DNA from: the human T2T-CHM13v2.0 reference genome, Homo sapiens
NCBI RefSeq assembly: GCF_009914755.1
Contig: NC_060926.1
Strand: one strand, 5' to 3'
DNA: 64,000 nt
In this document: positions 14,420-27,345 of the stretch, piece after piece
Numbering within the stretch: the stretch's first letter is position 1
Layout: every line of letters begins with the position of its first letter
The notes under the pieces: generated by a model
Databases searched by the model: none
Seen by the model: the letters and a program-made list of their open reading frames with translations, nothing else
Told to the model about the DNA's origin: nothing
Translations under genes and position numbers: made by a program

Positions 14420-14765
14420 TGTATTAGTCCGTTCTCACACTGCTGTGAAAAAATACAAGAGACTGGGTAATTTATAAAGAAAAGAGGTTTAATTGACTCA
14501 CAGTTTCACATGTCTAGGGAGGCCTCACAAAACTTTCAATCATGGTGGAAGGCACCTCTTCACAGAGTGGCAGGAGAGAGAATTGCAGAGCAAAGGGGGA
14601 AAAGCCCCTTATAAAACCATCAGATCTTGTAAGAACTCACTCACTTTCATGAGAACAGCATAAGGGAACCACCTCCATGATCTAATCACCTCCCACGAGG
14701 TCACTCCCGCAACTCTTGGGGATTACAATTCAAGATGAGATTTGGGTGGGGACACAGCCAAACCA
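14420..14765 (-). mobile_element. THE1D/MSTA-like MaLR solo LTR
   Basis: tgtattagtccgttctcacactgct...gagatttgggtggggacacagccaaacca. ACATC at 14415-14419 and 14766-14770 is a probable 5-bp TSD. Confidence 0.92.
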
Positions 14766-16466
14766 ACATCCAAGCAAAGATATCCCAAAGAGATCTGGAG
14801 GGTTAGAAGGTGGTGGTCCTGTGAGGTGTTCGAATCAGTAATGTCAGAAAGGAACAGTTTCTTATGGTGACACTTGAGGAAGTGGCCTTAGGTAGGAATG
14901 TCTGGCTGAGGTGTCAGGATAAAGAAGACCACCTCATTGGCCCTGAGGAAGCCAAGGTCTTGTGAGGCCAGGATGTTGGCTGGAGGCCTCTGGGGTGTGT
15001 TGAATTTCCTAGAGTGATGGTAGTAACTGAGGTAGAACTGGAGATCTTGGTGGACTTGCTAACAACTTTATTTAGTATAGAGAATATCTACAGGTAAGAA
15101 GGTGTTGGCAATGGGGATGAGGTGGAGAAGGCAGCATCGCAGTTGGCATGGACTTAAATGGGGCAGGGGTTTTTACATGAAGATTGAAGGGTGATAAGTG
15201 AAACAAAAAAGAAATACATAGAAAAGAAAGAAAAGGAATTGATTCCAAATACATATTATAACATACGTGTTACGGACTGAACTGAACTGGGTATACTTTG
15301 TTATGGCAACCTTGCTAACTCACACAGATTCTGGTATCAAAAGGGAGGATTCTGCTGTAACAAATAACCAAAAATCTAGAAGTGGCTTTGGAACTGGGTA
15401 GAGAAATCCATCTCATTTGGATGTATGTTACACAAAGCCTAAATTGATTGGAAGAGAGTATTGTTAAAAATATAGATGCTGAATGTGATTCCCGTGAGTC
15501 CTCAGAAAATTAGAGAGCTGTAGAGAAATCTTCTAGCATCTCATAAAAATACATGTACAGTCATTAACAAAATGTTGCTAGAAATATGTATGCTGAAGGT
15601 GCTTCTGGTGAGGTCTCAGAGCTTAGGAATATGTAATTGAAAACTGGAGGAAAGGAGATTCTTCTTACAAGGTGGCAAGGACTTGGCTGAATTGTATTCT
15701 AGTGTTTTGTGGAAAATAGATCTTGTAGGTGATGATCTTGAATAATTCACTGAGGGGATTTCTAGGCAAAATGTTGAAGGCATAACTTGATTTCTCTTCG
15801 CTTGTATGGTAAAATGTAAAAGGAGAGATAGATTGAAGAATTGTCAGCAAAAAGATACCAGAGCTTGAAGATTTGAGAAAATCTCAGCCTATCAATATTG
15901 CAGAAAATAAGAAATTGTGTCCTGAAAAATATCAAGGATAGGGCTGGATAATGATTTGCCAAAAAAATAATTATAGGTGTGTGACTTATGATTCCAATCA
16001 GCTGTCTCAGCTGAAACCATGAATGGAGATGGGGATTTATACCAGTAGAAGCACTGTCAGGTTGACTGAAGGAGAGAAAGATGAAATGAAATGAAGCAAG
16101 GCTGTTGGACTCCTGGGATTTTATAGCATGGGCTAATACAGACACGTGGTTGTGAACATATGCTATCTTTCATGAAAAAGGAATGGCTGTGAAGGCAGTT
16201 CAGAGGTTGTTGGGGCTGCCACTGTCAACGTGGATCCTCAGGTCTGAGAGTTTTGGGGTAGTGCCACCACACTGGTGGGCCCAAAAGGCAGCGTTAGGAC
16301 TAGGATGGGCTCTGAGGACACAGCATGGAGTCAAAGAGGATTATTCTCAAGCTTCAAAATCCTATGGAATTTTCCTTGCTAGGTTTCAGACTTGCTTGCA
16401 ACCTGTTACCCCTTTATTCTTCCCAATTGCTCCCTTTTGCAATGGGAATGTTTACCTCATGCCTAT

Positions 16467-17185
16467 TGCTCTAAGATGAATTTTGTCTCCCCAAAATCCA
16501 TACATCAAAACCCTAACCCCCAGGATCTCGGAATGTGACTGTATTTGGAGATAGGTACTTTAAAGAGGTTATTAAGTTAAAAAGACAGTTAAGATGAGCC
16601 CTCATCCAATCTTACTAGTGTCCCTGTAAGAACAAGAAGCGAGCCAGGTGCAGTGGCTCATGCATGTAATCCCAGCACTTTGGGAGGCCGAGGCAGGCGG
16701 ATCACAAGGTCAGGAGATTGAGACCACCCTGGCCAACAGGGTGAAACCCCATCTCTACCGAAAATGCAAAAATTAGCTGGGTGTGGTGGTGCGTGCCTGT
16801 AATCCCAGCTAATCAGGAGGCTAAGGCAGGAGAATTGCTTGAACCAGGGAGTCAGAGGTTGCAGTGAGCCGAGATGGTGCCACTGCACTCTAGCCTGGTA
16901 ACACAGCAAGACTCTGGCAAAAAAGAAAAGAACAAGAAGCTTGGAGACACAGGAAGGTACCAGAGATGTGCAAGCTCAGAGAAAAGACCATATAAGAACA
17001 CAACAAGAAGGCGGCCACCTGCAAGCCAAGGCAAGAGGCCTCAGAAGAAACCAAATCTGCAAAAACCTCGATCTTGGACTTCTAGCCTCAAGAACTAAAA
17101 AAGAAAATAAATTTCTGTTATTTAATGTTATTTAAGTCACCCAGTCTGTGGTATTTTGTTATGGTACCCCTAGCAAACTAATACA
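16467..17185 (+). mobile_element. MLT1B-like solo LTR inserted in the MLT1 internal region (itself interrupted by an Alu)
   Basis: TG...CA termini (tgctctaagatgaatt ... ctagcaaactaataca); TSD CCTAT (16462-16466) / CCTAC (17186-17190). Confidence 0.88.
16641..16927 (+). mobile_element. AluS (Sc-like)
   Basis: Full Alu dimer; perfect 13-bp TSD AAGAACAAGAAGC at 16628-16640 and 16928-16940. Confidence 0.97.
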
Positions 17186-17802
17186 CCTACCATTCTATTT
17201 TAGAAGTAGATAACTCATCAATTTCACAGGATCACAGCTGGAGAGCAATTTTGCCCCAGGAATCATGACTCAAGTCTCATTCATACCTGATTTAGACAGT
17301 ATTTATATGAGATTTTGGACTGAGATTTGATGTTGCAATGAGTTGACTTTTGGGGCTGTTGGGATGGTGTGAAAGTATTTTGTATATGAGAAGACAATGA
17401 ATTTGCAGAGTGGCAGGGGGTGAAGTATTATGGACAGAATTGTGTTCTCCTCAAATTCGTATGCTAAAATTCTAACCCCAGTACCTTAGAATGTGACTGA
17501 ATTTGGAAATAGGGATTTTAAAGAGGTAATTAAGTTAAAATGGGGCTGTGTGGACACTAATCCAATATTACTTGAATCCTCATAAGAAGAAGAGAATAGA
17601 AACACACAGAGAGAAGACCATGTATGGAGACCAGAAAAAGATGGCTATCTCCAAGCCAAGGAGAGAGGCCTCAGGAGAAACAACCCTGCTGACACCTTCT
17701 TCTTAGACTACCAGCCTCCTAAATGGTGAGAAAACAAATTTCTGTTGTTTAGGTCATCCAGTCTTCAGTACTCTGTTGTGGCAGTTTAAGCAAATGAGTA
17801 CA

Positions 17803-18120
17803 ATGGGTGAATCTTGAAAACATTATGCTAAATAAAAGAAGTCATATGCAAAAGACCACATACTATATGATTCTGTTTATATAAAATGTCCAGAAAAGGC
17901 AAATCCATAGACTTATAAGGCAAATCAGTGGGTGTCAGAGGCAAGGGAGTGAGCACTTAGGAGTGAGTGCTAATGGGTATGGGGTTCCTTTCCAGGATAT
18001 GAAAATACTCTGGAATTATATAGGGGTGATGGTTGCACAACTCTGTGAATGTACTAAACACTACTGAATTACACACTTACAGAAACAAATTTTATGATAC
18101 AATGTATCTCACATAAAAAA
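17803..18120 (+). mobile_element. L1MB-like 3' UTR fragment (its upstream part is at ~15225-15267)
   Basis: gaatcttgaaaacattatgctaaataaaagaagtca...aaatgtccagaaaaggcaaatccatag...gtgatggttgcacaactctgtgaatgtactaaa. Confidence 0.85.
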
Positions 18121-19505
18121 ATGAAATCACAGAATTTATAGCTTCAAAGTTCACAGAGCTTAAATACTTCCTCTGACGACTGCTGCTTGGTTAAGCAAGA
18201 AGCGTTGCACCCGGTGGCTTGATGGGGTCTGAGCCATTCCCCTTTGCAATAAGAATAGCTCCTTCCATATCTCCAAAGTAGATCTGAGGCCTTGCCACAC
18301 AGGTGTTCCACTTTTCTAAAATTCTAGTGAATCAAAAAGATATATAAACATATCTTAAAATTCTCAGCAAGGAAAGTATTTTATCCATAGCAATATGTTT
18401 CCAGAATCCAGTTTACATTACTTACATCCATACTGCTGTTACAAACAAAAATCAGTAACAGATTCTTACACATTTACATAAAGAAATTAGAATTGAGAGA
18501 ATTAGAATGGAGTAAGCAAGTTGAGTCTCTTCTGTTCAGCATTTTCTCCCACAAGGATGTCTGGCATTCCAGACAAATTGTCTGGAGAAACTGTTACCTT
18601 TAACTGAGTTGGGATAATTCTCCCATCCAGTGTCTTTTGTTTAGCTGAAGGATTTTCCTAACCCTATCAGAGGCCCAAGAGCAACTTAGCCCCTTCCTGC
18701 TGCTGCAGACCTTCCCTAGACTGGGCATTGATCTTTGCCATATGATTGTCCCCTAAATTGTGAAGAAGGGTAAGGCCTTTAGCCTTGTGCTGTCTCTGTT
18801 TTTGGAACATCTCAATCTACATCTTTAGAGGACCAGAGAGAAGCTGTGACCACCCTCTCCTCCATCGTTTTTTTTCTTTTGTTAATTGTTCTTATTCCTC
18901 TGGTTTTATTTTATCTTATCTACATCACCAATGACATAAAAAGATTCTTTCAATCTCAAATGTTCCTGCTACAACAGGATTTTGATTTGATGCTCCTCAG
19001 CACTGGCTGAGAAAACACAATCTGCAGCGGCCACATATATTCCCCAAAGCTCTGCCCTTTTGAGTTGAACCCCAACTTTGGCCTCTCCATGTGGGACTCT
19101 GTCTAAGGAATGAAAGGTTGCTTTGGGAGTTCAAGGTCTCCAAAAGCATCTCTCCTATCTTCCCCCAAATTTTCTATTCAAGCCAAGACCAAGTCATAAT
19201 TTGCTTTGTCTAAGATTATGAACGGACCTTGTCTTACCCACAGGTCGATTGTCTTTGATAATAACACTAGTTATAGCCACACTGGATAACTCAAACTATC
19301 AACATAATATCTGCCAAAACAATCATGGTACTTTATTGGTATCCATAGAGTTTCTTTCCTCATGAGATATTCAGAACCCGCTGGCTAGTACCTGTGCAAA
19401 ACTTACTCTATTCCTGCTTCTACATTCTATGAACACTCCAAAGTGGACATTGCTAATCAGATTGGTCCTAGATATGGAGACGAGATAATTAGAAGAGGGA
19501 TCCCT

Positions 19506-19716
19506 TCACTTGAGGACAGAAGTTCGAGACTAGCCTGGCCAACATGGTGAAACCCTGTTTCTACTAAAAATACAAAAGTTAGCTGGGTGTGGTGGTGCAC
19601 ACTTGTAATCCCGCTACTTGGGAGGCTGAGGCAGGAGTATCACTTGAGCTTAGGAACAGCGAGCCGAGATCGCACCACCGCACTCCAACCTGGATGACAG
19701 AGTGAGACCCCATATC

Positions 19717-19748
<32 letters not shown>

Positions 19749-19753
19749 GAAGA
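19506..19753 (+). mobile_element. 5'-truncated Alu with long poly(A)
   Basis: Begins at tcacttgagg...; 12-bp TSD AGAAGAGGGATC at 19491-19502 and 19754-19765. Confidence 0.95.
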
Positions 19754-20989
19754 AGAAGAGGGATCTCTGCATTTTAATTGCATTTTAACTTAGGCTCCCT
19801 GGCTCATAATTTTAAACTTTTCATGGAAGACTTAACAAGTTGAAGGTAGCCTTTCTTGGAATTGTCACCTAACTTTCTCTTTTTCTTTATGATTCCTGTG
19901 GCTTGGTTGTAAACGGACTTGACATCCATATTGGCACTAGCTGGGCCTCTCTACAGACACACAGGCAGAGTGGCAGGCCCTTCTTAGGCGTGGAATATGA
20001 GCCACAGCAATTCAGCATTTGACCAGAGTACTGCATAGAGTTCTGCAGAATTATTAATTATTTAGTGAACATTTTGCTGTTATTTCTTCTGATAACTTTT
20101 TTTAAAATTTTGGAAGAATGTATGGATAATCATAGGTTAAATTTGTGGAAATTATTGGCTTTCTTACTATAACATCATTGTAATATTCCACAAATTAAGG
20201 GATTTCCTACTTGTAGTTGCAATATTCTATAAGCTATTATTAGCAATTTTGGCCTGGACAATTTTGAAAAACAAAATGAAACAAAAAAACAAACTTGACC
20301 AACAATGAGAATTATAGTAATAAAGAACTATGTGAATATGTATATATATGAGTGTGTCTCTATGAATTTTAAATTAAATTTGGCTAAAGAAACCAACCTG
20401 TGCAAAACTTAAGCTCTAGCAATAGCCTCAGCCTTAATATTTAAAAGACACTTAACGGAAATTTAGCAAAAAGCTCCAGCCATTGAGGACAATTTTATCA
20501 GATGCCCAAAATGTGGCCTTGAAGCTTATCTAAAACCTGCTCAAAAAAATCTGATGAATAAGGAATATGGAGAACTTTCAACTGGGAAGATAAGACATGA
20601 AGATAAACATCTGTGACTTAAGAAAGACGCAATGTCAGCTACTATGGAAGGACCAAGGAAAGTGACACCCATGTAAAGAAAAGGCAATTTGAATGTGAAG
20701 ACAATGGGGTTGTCATCACCTCATGTGAAAGTTAGCCACCTACTAGCAATGATCTGGAAGGAACAAAACAAATCATAGTCAATAAATGTGCAAAGATAAA
20801 TATTGTGTTAGTAACTATTTGTGCTTTTTTCTCTTGTCGGTTGTCCAAGGTGTCTTAGCTTCAAATTAGGATAGCTTATGACAACATGGTGGCAGATTGG
20901 AGTAGGGGAGGATATGCCCATACCAGGAGGTCTGGAGCTGAGGATTCTGACTTTATCGAAGGGCTAGGCTTCAAGATGGAAGATCAGTA

Positions 20990-21334
20990 GTTTTTGTTTG
21001 TTTGTTTTGTTTGTTTTGTTTTGTTTTTTTGTTTTGTTTTGTTTTGAGACAAAGTCTCGCTCTGTAACCCAGGTTGCAGTGCAGTGGCACGATCTCTGCT
21101 CACCGCAACCTCCACCTCCCTGGTTCAAGTGATTCTCCTGCCTCAACCTTCTGAGTAGCTGGGATTACCAGCACACACCACTCCACCTGGCTAATTTTTT
21201 TTTTTTTCATTTTTAGTAGAGAAGAGTTTCCATCATGTTGGCCAGGCTGGTCTTGGACTCCCAACCTCAGGTAATCTGCCTGCCTCAGCCTCCCAAAATG
21301 CTAGGATTACAGGTGTGAGCCACCACACCCAGCC
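20990..21334 (-). mobile_element. AluS with (TTTG/TTTTG)n tail
   Basis: Antisense Alu dimer (gagacaaagtctcgctctg ... gagccaccacacccagcc). Confidence 0.96.
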
Positions 21335-21735
21335 GATGGTCAGTGGTTTTGTAAACAGTATTATTCAAATGCAGATAGTAAGTTTAGTTGTGATTTACAA
21401 CCATATGATATATAAGGAGGTTCAACTCTGTAGGATACCCAAAACAAGAGTAAACTGAATGTAACAGTGTTTTGTATAAGTCAGGGATAGGGGTCTCTAG
21501 TGAAAAGTACATTCCAAGAGCATATAGAAGCAAGTTTCACTCATTTGAAAAGATGCTTTATTAAAATTAGGTAAAGTGATGGGTTTCCAGTTATAAAGGG
21601 TAGGGTTGGCCAAATATCCATTTTCAGTAAGAATCTGAAACCAGTGGGTATGGAGCAACGAAAATCTAAAGGTCAAACCAAGATACAGAGATTTAGCCAA
21701 CATGGCAGGGGGTAATGAAAAGACCTACAATTCAT

Positions 21736-22037
21736 GGCCAGGTGTGATGGTTCATGCCTGTAGTCCCAGCATCTTGGGAGACCAAGACGGGCAGATCACT
21801 AGAGGCTAGGAATTCGAGAACAGCCTGATCAACATGGTGAAACCCATCTCTACTAAAAATACAAAAATTGGCTGGGAGTGGTGGCGCATGCCCGTGGTTC
21901 CAGCAACTGGAGGCTGAGGTGGGAGAATTGGCTGAACCTGGGACCTGGGAGGCAGAGGTTGCAGCAAGCTGATGTGGCACTGCTGTACTCCAGCCTGGGC
22001 TGCAGAGAGAGACACTGTCAAAAAAAAAAAAAGACGA
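21736..22037 (+). mobile_element. AluJ-like
   Basis: Diverged Alu dimer; TSD AAAAGACCTACAATT (21718-21732) / AAAAGACGTACAATT (22038-22052). Confidence 0.93.
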
Positions 22038-22347
22038 AAAAGACGTACAATTATTGGATATATGTGTATCCAGAGTTTACCCTAACTACTGCAGATACTA
22101 AGCCTGCTCCATAGCCACCCAGCAAATTACAAAACTAATGAGTGGAGCAAGACTTGGGAGTTGTAGCTGATCTTACACAGTGCCTTTAGTTAAGTGCTTC
22201 ATGTTTTCTAGATTTCCTGGTTTCCCAAGTTACTTGTCAAATAAGCTTAAAAATCATTTACGTAATATTTCCATTTGGATGGATTTATAAAGCATATTAT
22301 CCTATAGTAAATAACAATAAAAAAAACACTTTGCTTCTCCAAATTCT

Positions 22348-23196
22348 ATTATGATCTGTTTTTGCCCACAAAACACTTCTGACACCAAATGTGTGGGTTT
22401 TGTCTACACCAACAACCAGTTCTTCAACTAACTCTCCAGACATCAAGTGGGTGTTCAACAATTCAGTTCAATTCTGATGCTAACTTTAGAACCCAGAGGT
22501 GAAGGGTGCAGTCCCACAAGACTGCTCCCACTTGACATGACCACTGCAGGTCCTGGATTTCTCATACTTCTGACTGACTGGCTATAAATTGGGAGTTCCC
22601 ACAACCCCCTCCTTGGGTTCTATAATTTGTTACAACAGTTTACAGAACTCAGCAGACCAGTTTCCTTACTACTGGTAGTTTATTTTTATAAAGGATATAA
22701 CTCATAAAACGCCGGAAGAGAAACATAGGGTGAGGTATGAGGGTTATGTGTGAAGCTTCCAGGCCCTCTCCAGCTGTGCCACCCACCCACCATCTCCATA
22801 TGGTCACCAAATTGGAAGCTCTGTGAACTCTGTTTTGGGATTTTATTACAGTTTCATTACATAGGCATGATTGATTAAATCATTGGCTGTTGGTGATTGA
22901 TTCAATCTCTCCTGCCCCTTTTCTGACCCCAGAGGTTAGGGTGAGGTTGAAAGTTCCAACCCTCTACTCATGTGCTTGGTTCTTTTGGTCACCAGCCCCC
23001 AACTTAAAGCTATGTAGGGCCCATGGAAATTCACTGCCTTAGCATAAACTCAGGTACAGTTGAAAGGGCTGACTATGGATATCAAAAGATGTTTCTCTCA
23101 CCGCCACCACTCAGGAGGTTACAAGAATTTTAGAAGCCTTTGCCAGGAACCTGGGACAAGGACTAAATATGTTTCTTATTATATTACAATATCACA
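22348..23196 (-). mobile_element. MER21-like solo LTR
   Basis: Reverse complement begins TGTGATATTGTAATATAATAAGAAACATATTTAGTCCTTGTCCCAGGTTCCTGGC; also contains acacttctgacaccaaatgtgtggg and cagtcccacaagactgc. Confidence 0.85.
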
Positions 23197-23609
23197 TACT
23201 TAATATATTATACCAAAGCAATGTATTAATATATTGCAATGTCAATGCATTTTCATTACTTAAGAAATGAATCCTTGGAAAAGTACTTTGAAAGTCTTGC
23301 TTTAATCCAATACATTTGTCTCAGGACCAGAGATCCAGCAATCTGATCCAGAATATATCCAACTCTGAACATCCTTTTCCAAAAAGTATTGTTCACTCTA
23401 TTTTCTGCGTTGCTGTCTAGTGTCTGTCCTTGATCCCTTTAGCCTCTACTCTAAGCATTTTCTTTCCTAGAGAAGGAGCTGCCCAGACTCACTTATTTCT
23501 TACTAGCCTTTGCACATACTATTCCTCACCACAAGAATGCCTCATACTTCACACACTCTCCCCACTTAATTTGTGTGAAGTCCTCCTCCTAGATATTCCT
23601 AGCTCTCTT

Positions 23610-23885
23610 TTGTTTGTATTTGTTGAGCACCTATTTTGTGCCAGGTTCTAGGTGTTTGGGTTACATCTGTGAACAAAAGTTCTGGCGTTAACATCTGTCT
23701 CACTAGATCCTGATGTTATACCCGTCTCATTAGATTATAAAGTATGCCCTTTGCTTACCTAGTTCTCATGTTTAACTCTAGCTCTGTAAGAAAAGAATCC
23801 ATCCAATTAGGTGAAAGTATTATTCCTGAAGCCCAGCATAGTTTTTGGCATGTCTTAATCATTCAGTAAGTGCTTGATGGAATTT
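23610..23885. mobile_element. L2 3'-end fragments
   Basis: tatttgttgagcacctattttgtgccagg (antisense) and cccagcatagtttttggcat...cagtaagtgcttgatggaat (sense). Confidence 0.5.
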
Positions 23886-24094
23886 AAAAACAATCACATT
23901 ATTTCTTATTCATTTTTTTCTTTGTTTGCTACAGTTGCATCTATCAAAATCCTATCTGGGAAGCTGTGTCTAACATATCCAAATAATTTATAGTGCAAAC
24001 CTCAACAGAAGCTTCTACAGTTTTGCCAAGTTCCCCTTGGCCATCTCTCAGTTTTCTACCAAAAATGTTTTCTGTTATCTCAGAAATATTTTCT

Positions 24095-24330
24095 AGAGTT
24101 AGGAAGAGTCCAGACTGACTCATTTGAATTAAGTCCTCCCTTTGTCCTGGTTGGCTTCTATGACTTTGAGAAACTTACTTAACATTTTTGAGCCTTGCTC
24201 TCTTTATTTGCAAAACAGGAATGACTATGGTAACCTCCAGAATTATGCTAACAGCCAAAGAAATAGGAGTGGCGCATACCTCGCACAGTCGTGTGTCTGA
24301 CATATAGTAGAAGCTCTATAAATGTTAGTT
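24095..24330 (+). mobile_element. MIR SINE
   Basis: Core tatgactttgagaaacttacttaacatttttgagccttgctctctttatttgcaaaacagg; 3' tggcatatagtag-like end. Confidence 0.7.
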
Positions 24331-25344
24331 TCTTCCTTCTCCCAAGAGAGGGACTTGCCTTTTATGGAAAGGATTGGGGAAAGCTATATGGGAATGTCAA
24401 ATTTTGGTAAGAATGTTAAATGAAGACATTTTAAGGTGCAAATTTTATGTCTCCCTTAGCTGAGCTTTCATTATTCAAAGGACTGAACAGGAGTAACTTG
24501 AGGTAAAGGCATCATTTAAAAAAATTACTGACTTTATCTACAGAGGCTCTTTCACTTGCTTGAGGTCTGTAATTAAGACTTGTCTGAATAAGCACTAGTA
24601 GTTTAATCGAGGTATAAGAGGAAGAAGATGAAATGCAGGGAAGATGGAGCTTCCAGCTTTCTTCAGAATGAAAGATTACTCACTTTAGAGAACAGAGTGA
24701 GCCTTCAAAAACTGCTTACAATGGGAAAATTTTAACATTTTCTTTTAACTACACAAGTAACATCAATGTGCTAATTATTCTAAAATGAGCTCAGAATTTG
24801 CTGTATGGTTACACTTTATGAAATACTTGAGCTCCATTACACCAAGAAATAAAACGCTGCAAATTCATTTCTGTTAATTCATGCATAATTGAAGAAAGGG
24901 TTGGTGTGAAGACTCTAGAACATGCATATTTTTGTTTCTTTGTTCTCACTGCCATTATAGTTGAAGGTTTACAATAACAAAAAGGGGTAAATACATTGGA
25001 CTCATAACTTTTATGAACTGTTTAAATGCACAATGAAGGTGATTCATAAAAGTCTCTAATTGTATAAGCACATCACTAAATATGGATTGTAAAATATCTT
25101 GTTTACTTTTTATATAAACCTACTATAGATGAAGGAATATTGCAAACATAGCATGTATTTTGTGCAGAATGGAGATTGGATCTACTTTTAAGAAAAGTGG
25201 TCCCACATCATTGAGGCCAATTTTTCTTCAATTCCTTTTTAACCAAAATCAGAAAAATCATTCTGGTAACATCTTGGTAAATATAAATGAGGGCCATGTT
25301 TAGCTGAACTTCTTAATTAAAGCTTTAAGCTAAACCACATTTAT

Positions 25345-25520
25345 AATAATAGCTAAAAGAGAGGTTTTGAATGTCTTCATCACAAAGAAAAGATAAATGT
25401 TCAAGGCAATGGATATGCTGATTACCCTGATTTGAGCATTATATAATTTATATATGTATTGAAACATCACTTTATACTCCATAAATACGTACAATGATTA
25501 CATATCAATTATAAATTTTA
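25345..25520 (+). mobile_element. L1MA 3' end fragment
   Basis: agagaggttttgaatgtcttcatcacaaagaaaagataaatgttcaaggcaatggatatgctgattaccctgatttgagcatt. Confidence 0.85.
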
Positions 25521-26470
25521 GACATTTCTGCTTTGAAAATCTTGTTAAAATGTTTGAATCAAGCCCCTGCTGCCCCTAGGCCCCACCTTCTAGATAAATA
25601 TAACATACTATTATGATTAGATCATTATTTGTCTTGCTAGGGTTTTTGTGTGACATTAAGAAAGTCACAATAGCTATTATATAATGATCAGGTAGTTTAG
25701 GCCAAACATATTTGTAATTACCTGTTCTCCTGTATGCCTCTCCAACCCCACCCCCTACCTTCTAGACAGTGATCCAGGAATCAACTTCTTCAGGCATATA
25801 TCAGGTACTGGAGGCACTCAGGACTGTTCATGAATGATTTTTTTTTTAGTTCATTTGTGAATAAATACATGGTGGGAGAAATTTACAGTAAACATCTCCA
25901 ATCCCCTGCAAACTCTTTGTGGCAGCATTAACTAAAAAAGTCTGAGTCATCTAGCCATTGTAACACTGAGGAGAAATAAGAGGACCGAGTTCCACACCAG
26001 GTCTTCGAGATCTAACCTGAGTTGTTTCCAGTGCTCAAACTGTGCTACAACCCCACCTGCCCAAACAGGCTCACTGGCTTGGATTGCAGGAAACTAAAAA
26101 ATATACAGGGGATGAGGGGTTCCATGGACTTGCACCAACCTCTGAAAGGTGGGTTTCTGGGTCCAGATAAAGGTAATTTTTGGTTTGCTTCCAAATTGTT
26201 TTTTAGCAAGTATCTTTGGTTAGTGGAGGTTGTGGTTAGTTTCTCTTTAATTGGTGTTTTCTCCACCTCAATGCCTGATACTTGGGATTCTATAGACCAG
26301 GGGAGACTCTGGGGCTTATAGGATAACATCAATTTTGAGCATCAGCCTAGCCTAATATAATTGGGATGGGTGGGGTTCTTCCCAATTAGCAACCACACAG
26401 ATGACTGAAATTAAAGTTGGTGGTTAGAAAAGTCATGCCTAGAGAGTAAAAAGGAAAGTTCATTAGTTTT

Positions 26471-27055
26471 TGTAGAGGCAAAGGGAGAACTGCCCATTGG
26501 TCCTCTGAAGGTTCACTGAAAATCAACTGACAAAAGGCAGATTCATAGGAGGAAAGGTATAGAAATGTACTAACACGCACAAGGGGGAAATCCCACAGTG
26601 ATTACCTCACTACCCAATGAGGTAGAGGTCCTTATATACCCTCTTCCTAGGAGAAAGGGAGATGGGGAAGTATGGATGATTTTGAGGGGTTAGTAAATTA
26701 TCTTTAGGATTATCAATGGATTTGAAAAACATACAATGGCCTGGGACAAAGTCCGGCGGGCCCACAGAATAGTTTGTGACAAAAGTCTGCCCAGCTGCGT
26801 TGACAAGCTTCAGTTTTTCTTCCTGCGATATGAGATTCAGTTAATGAAAACTCAGGGAAGGGACCAGAAGTCACTGTCACCACCTTTTGGTGGTCTGGAC
26901 CTTAGGCAGATTAGGACACTTTAGAGAACGATTTTATCCTGTGCTTTGGAAGAGAGAGGGTGGAGCTGGGGAGGGTCACAGAGACCTTGAGCGGCTTCTT
27001 CAGTTCAGCAAGTTGAAGCGCCATATTTTGGGGTATAGGTTTCTGATCCCCAATG
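26471..27055 (-). mobile_element. MER39-like ERV1 (MER4-group) solo LTR
   Basis: cctctgaaggttcactgaaaatcaactgacaaaaggcagatt; terminus gccatattttgggtataggtttctgatccccaa. Confidence 0.75.
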
Positions 27056-27109
27056 CCTTCTTCACTAAAGCTGAATGCTTTGGAGGGGAACATGTTCCAG
27101 AAGAAACTG

Positions 27110-27345
27110 TGTAAGTTTGGGAGTCAGACAAAACTAGATCCTAATCCTGGTATACCCATTTATCGACTATATAACTTTGAGACAGTTACTTAATCCTGCT
27201 CAACCTCAGTTTCTGTTCTGTATAATGGGGACTCACACCTCACTTGTGAAGTTGGGATAAGGAATATTACACATATATATGATATATTTGAAGTACCTAA
27301 ACCATAAGTTTTGTCTTTAAACTCTGGCTTTTTGCACATATAGGT
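27110..27345 (+). mobile_element. MIR SINE
   Basis: tttgggagtcagac...ttacttaatcctgctcaacctcagtttctgttctgtataatgggg. Confidence 0.75.

Larger units (their letters stand above)
15268..17802 (+). mobile_element. MLT1 MaLR provirus: collapsed 5' LTR (15268-15326), internal region (15327-17425), 3' LTR (17426-17802)
   Basis: LTR end is followed by the MaLR-int start gattctggtatc...ctgctgtaacaaata...gaagtggctttggaactgggta. A purine tract gtggcagggggtgaag precedes the 3' LTR, which has typical MLT1 motifs and ends ...GAGTACA. Confidence 0.85.
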
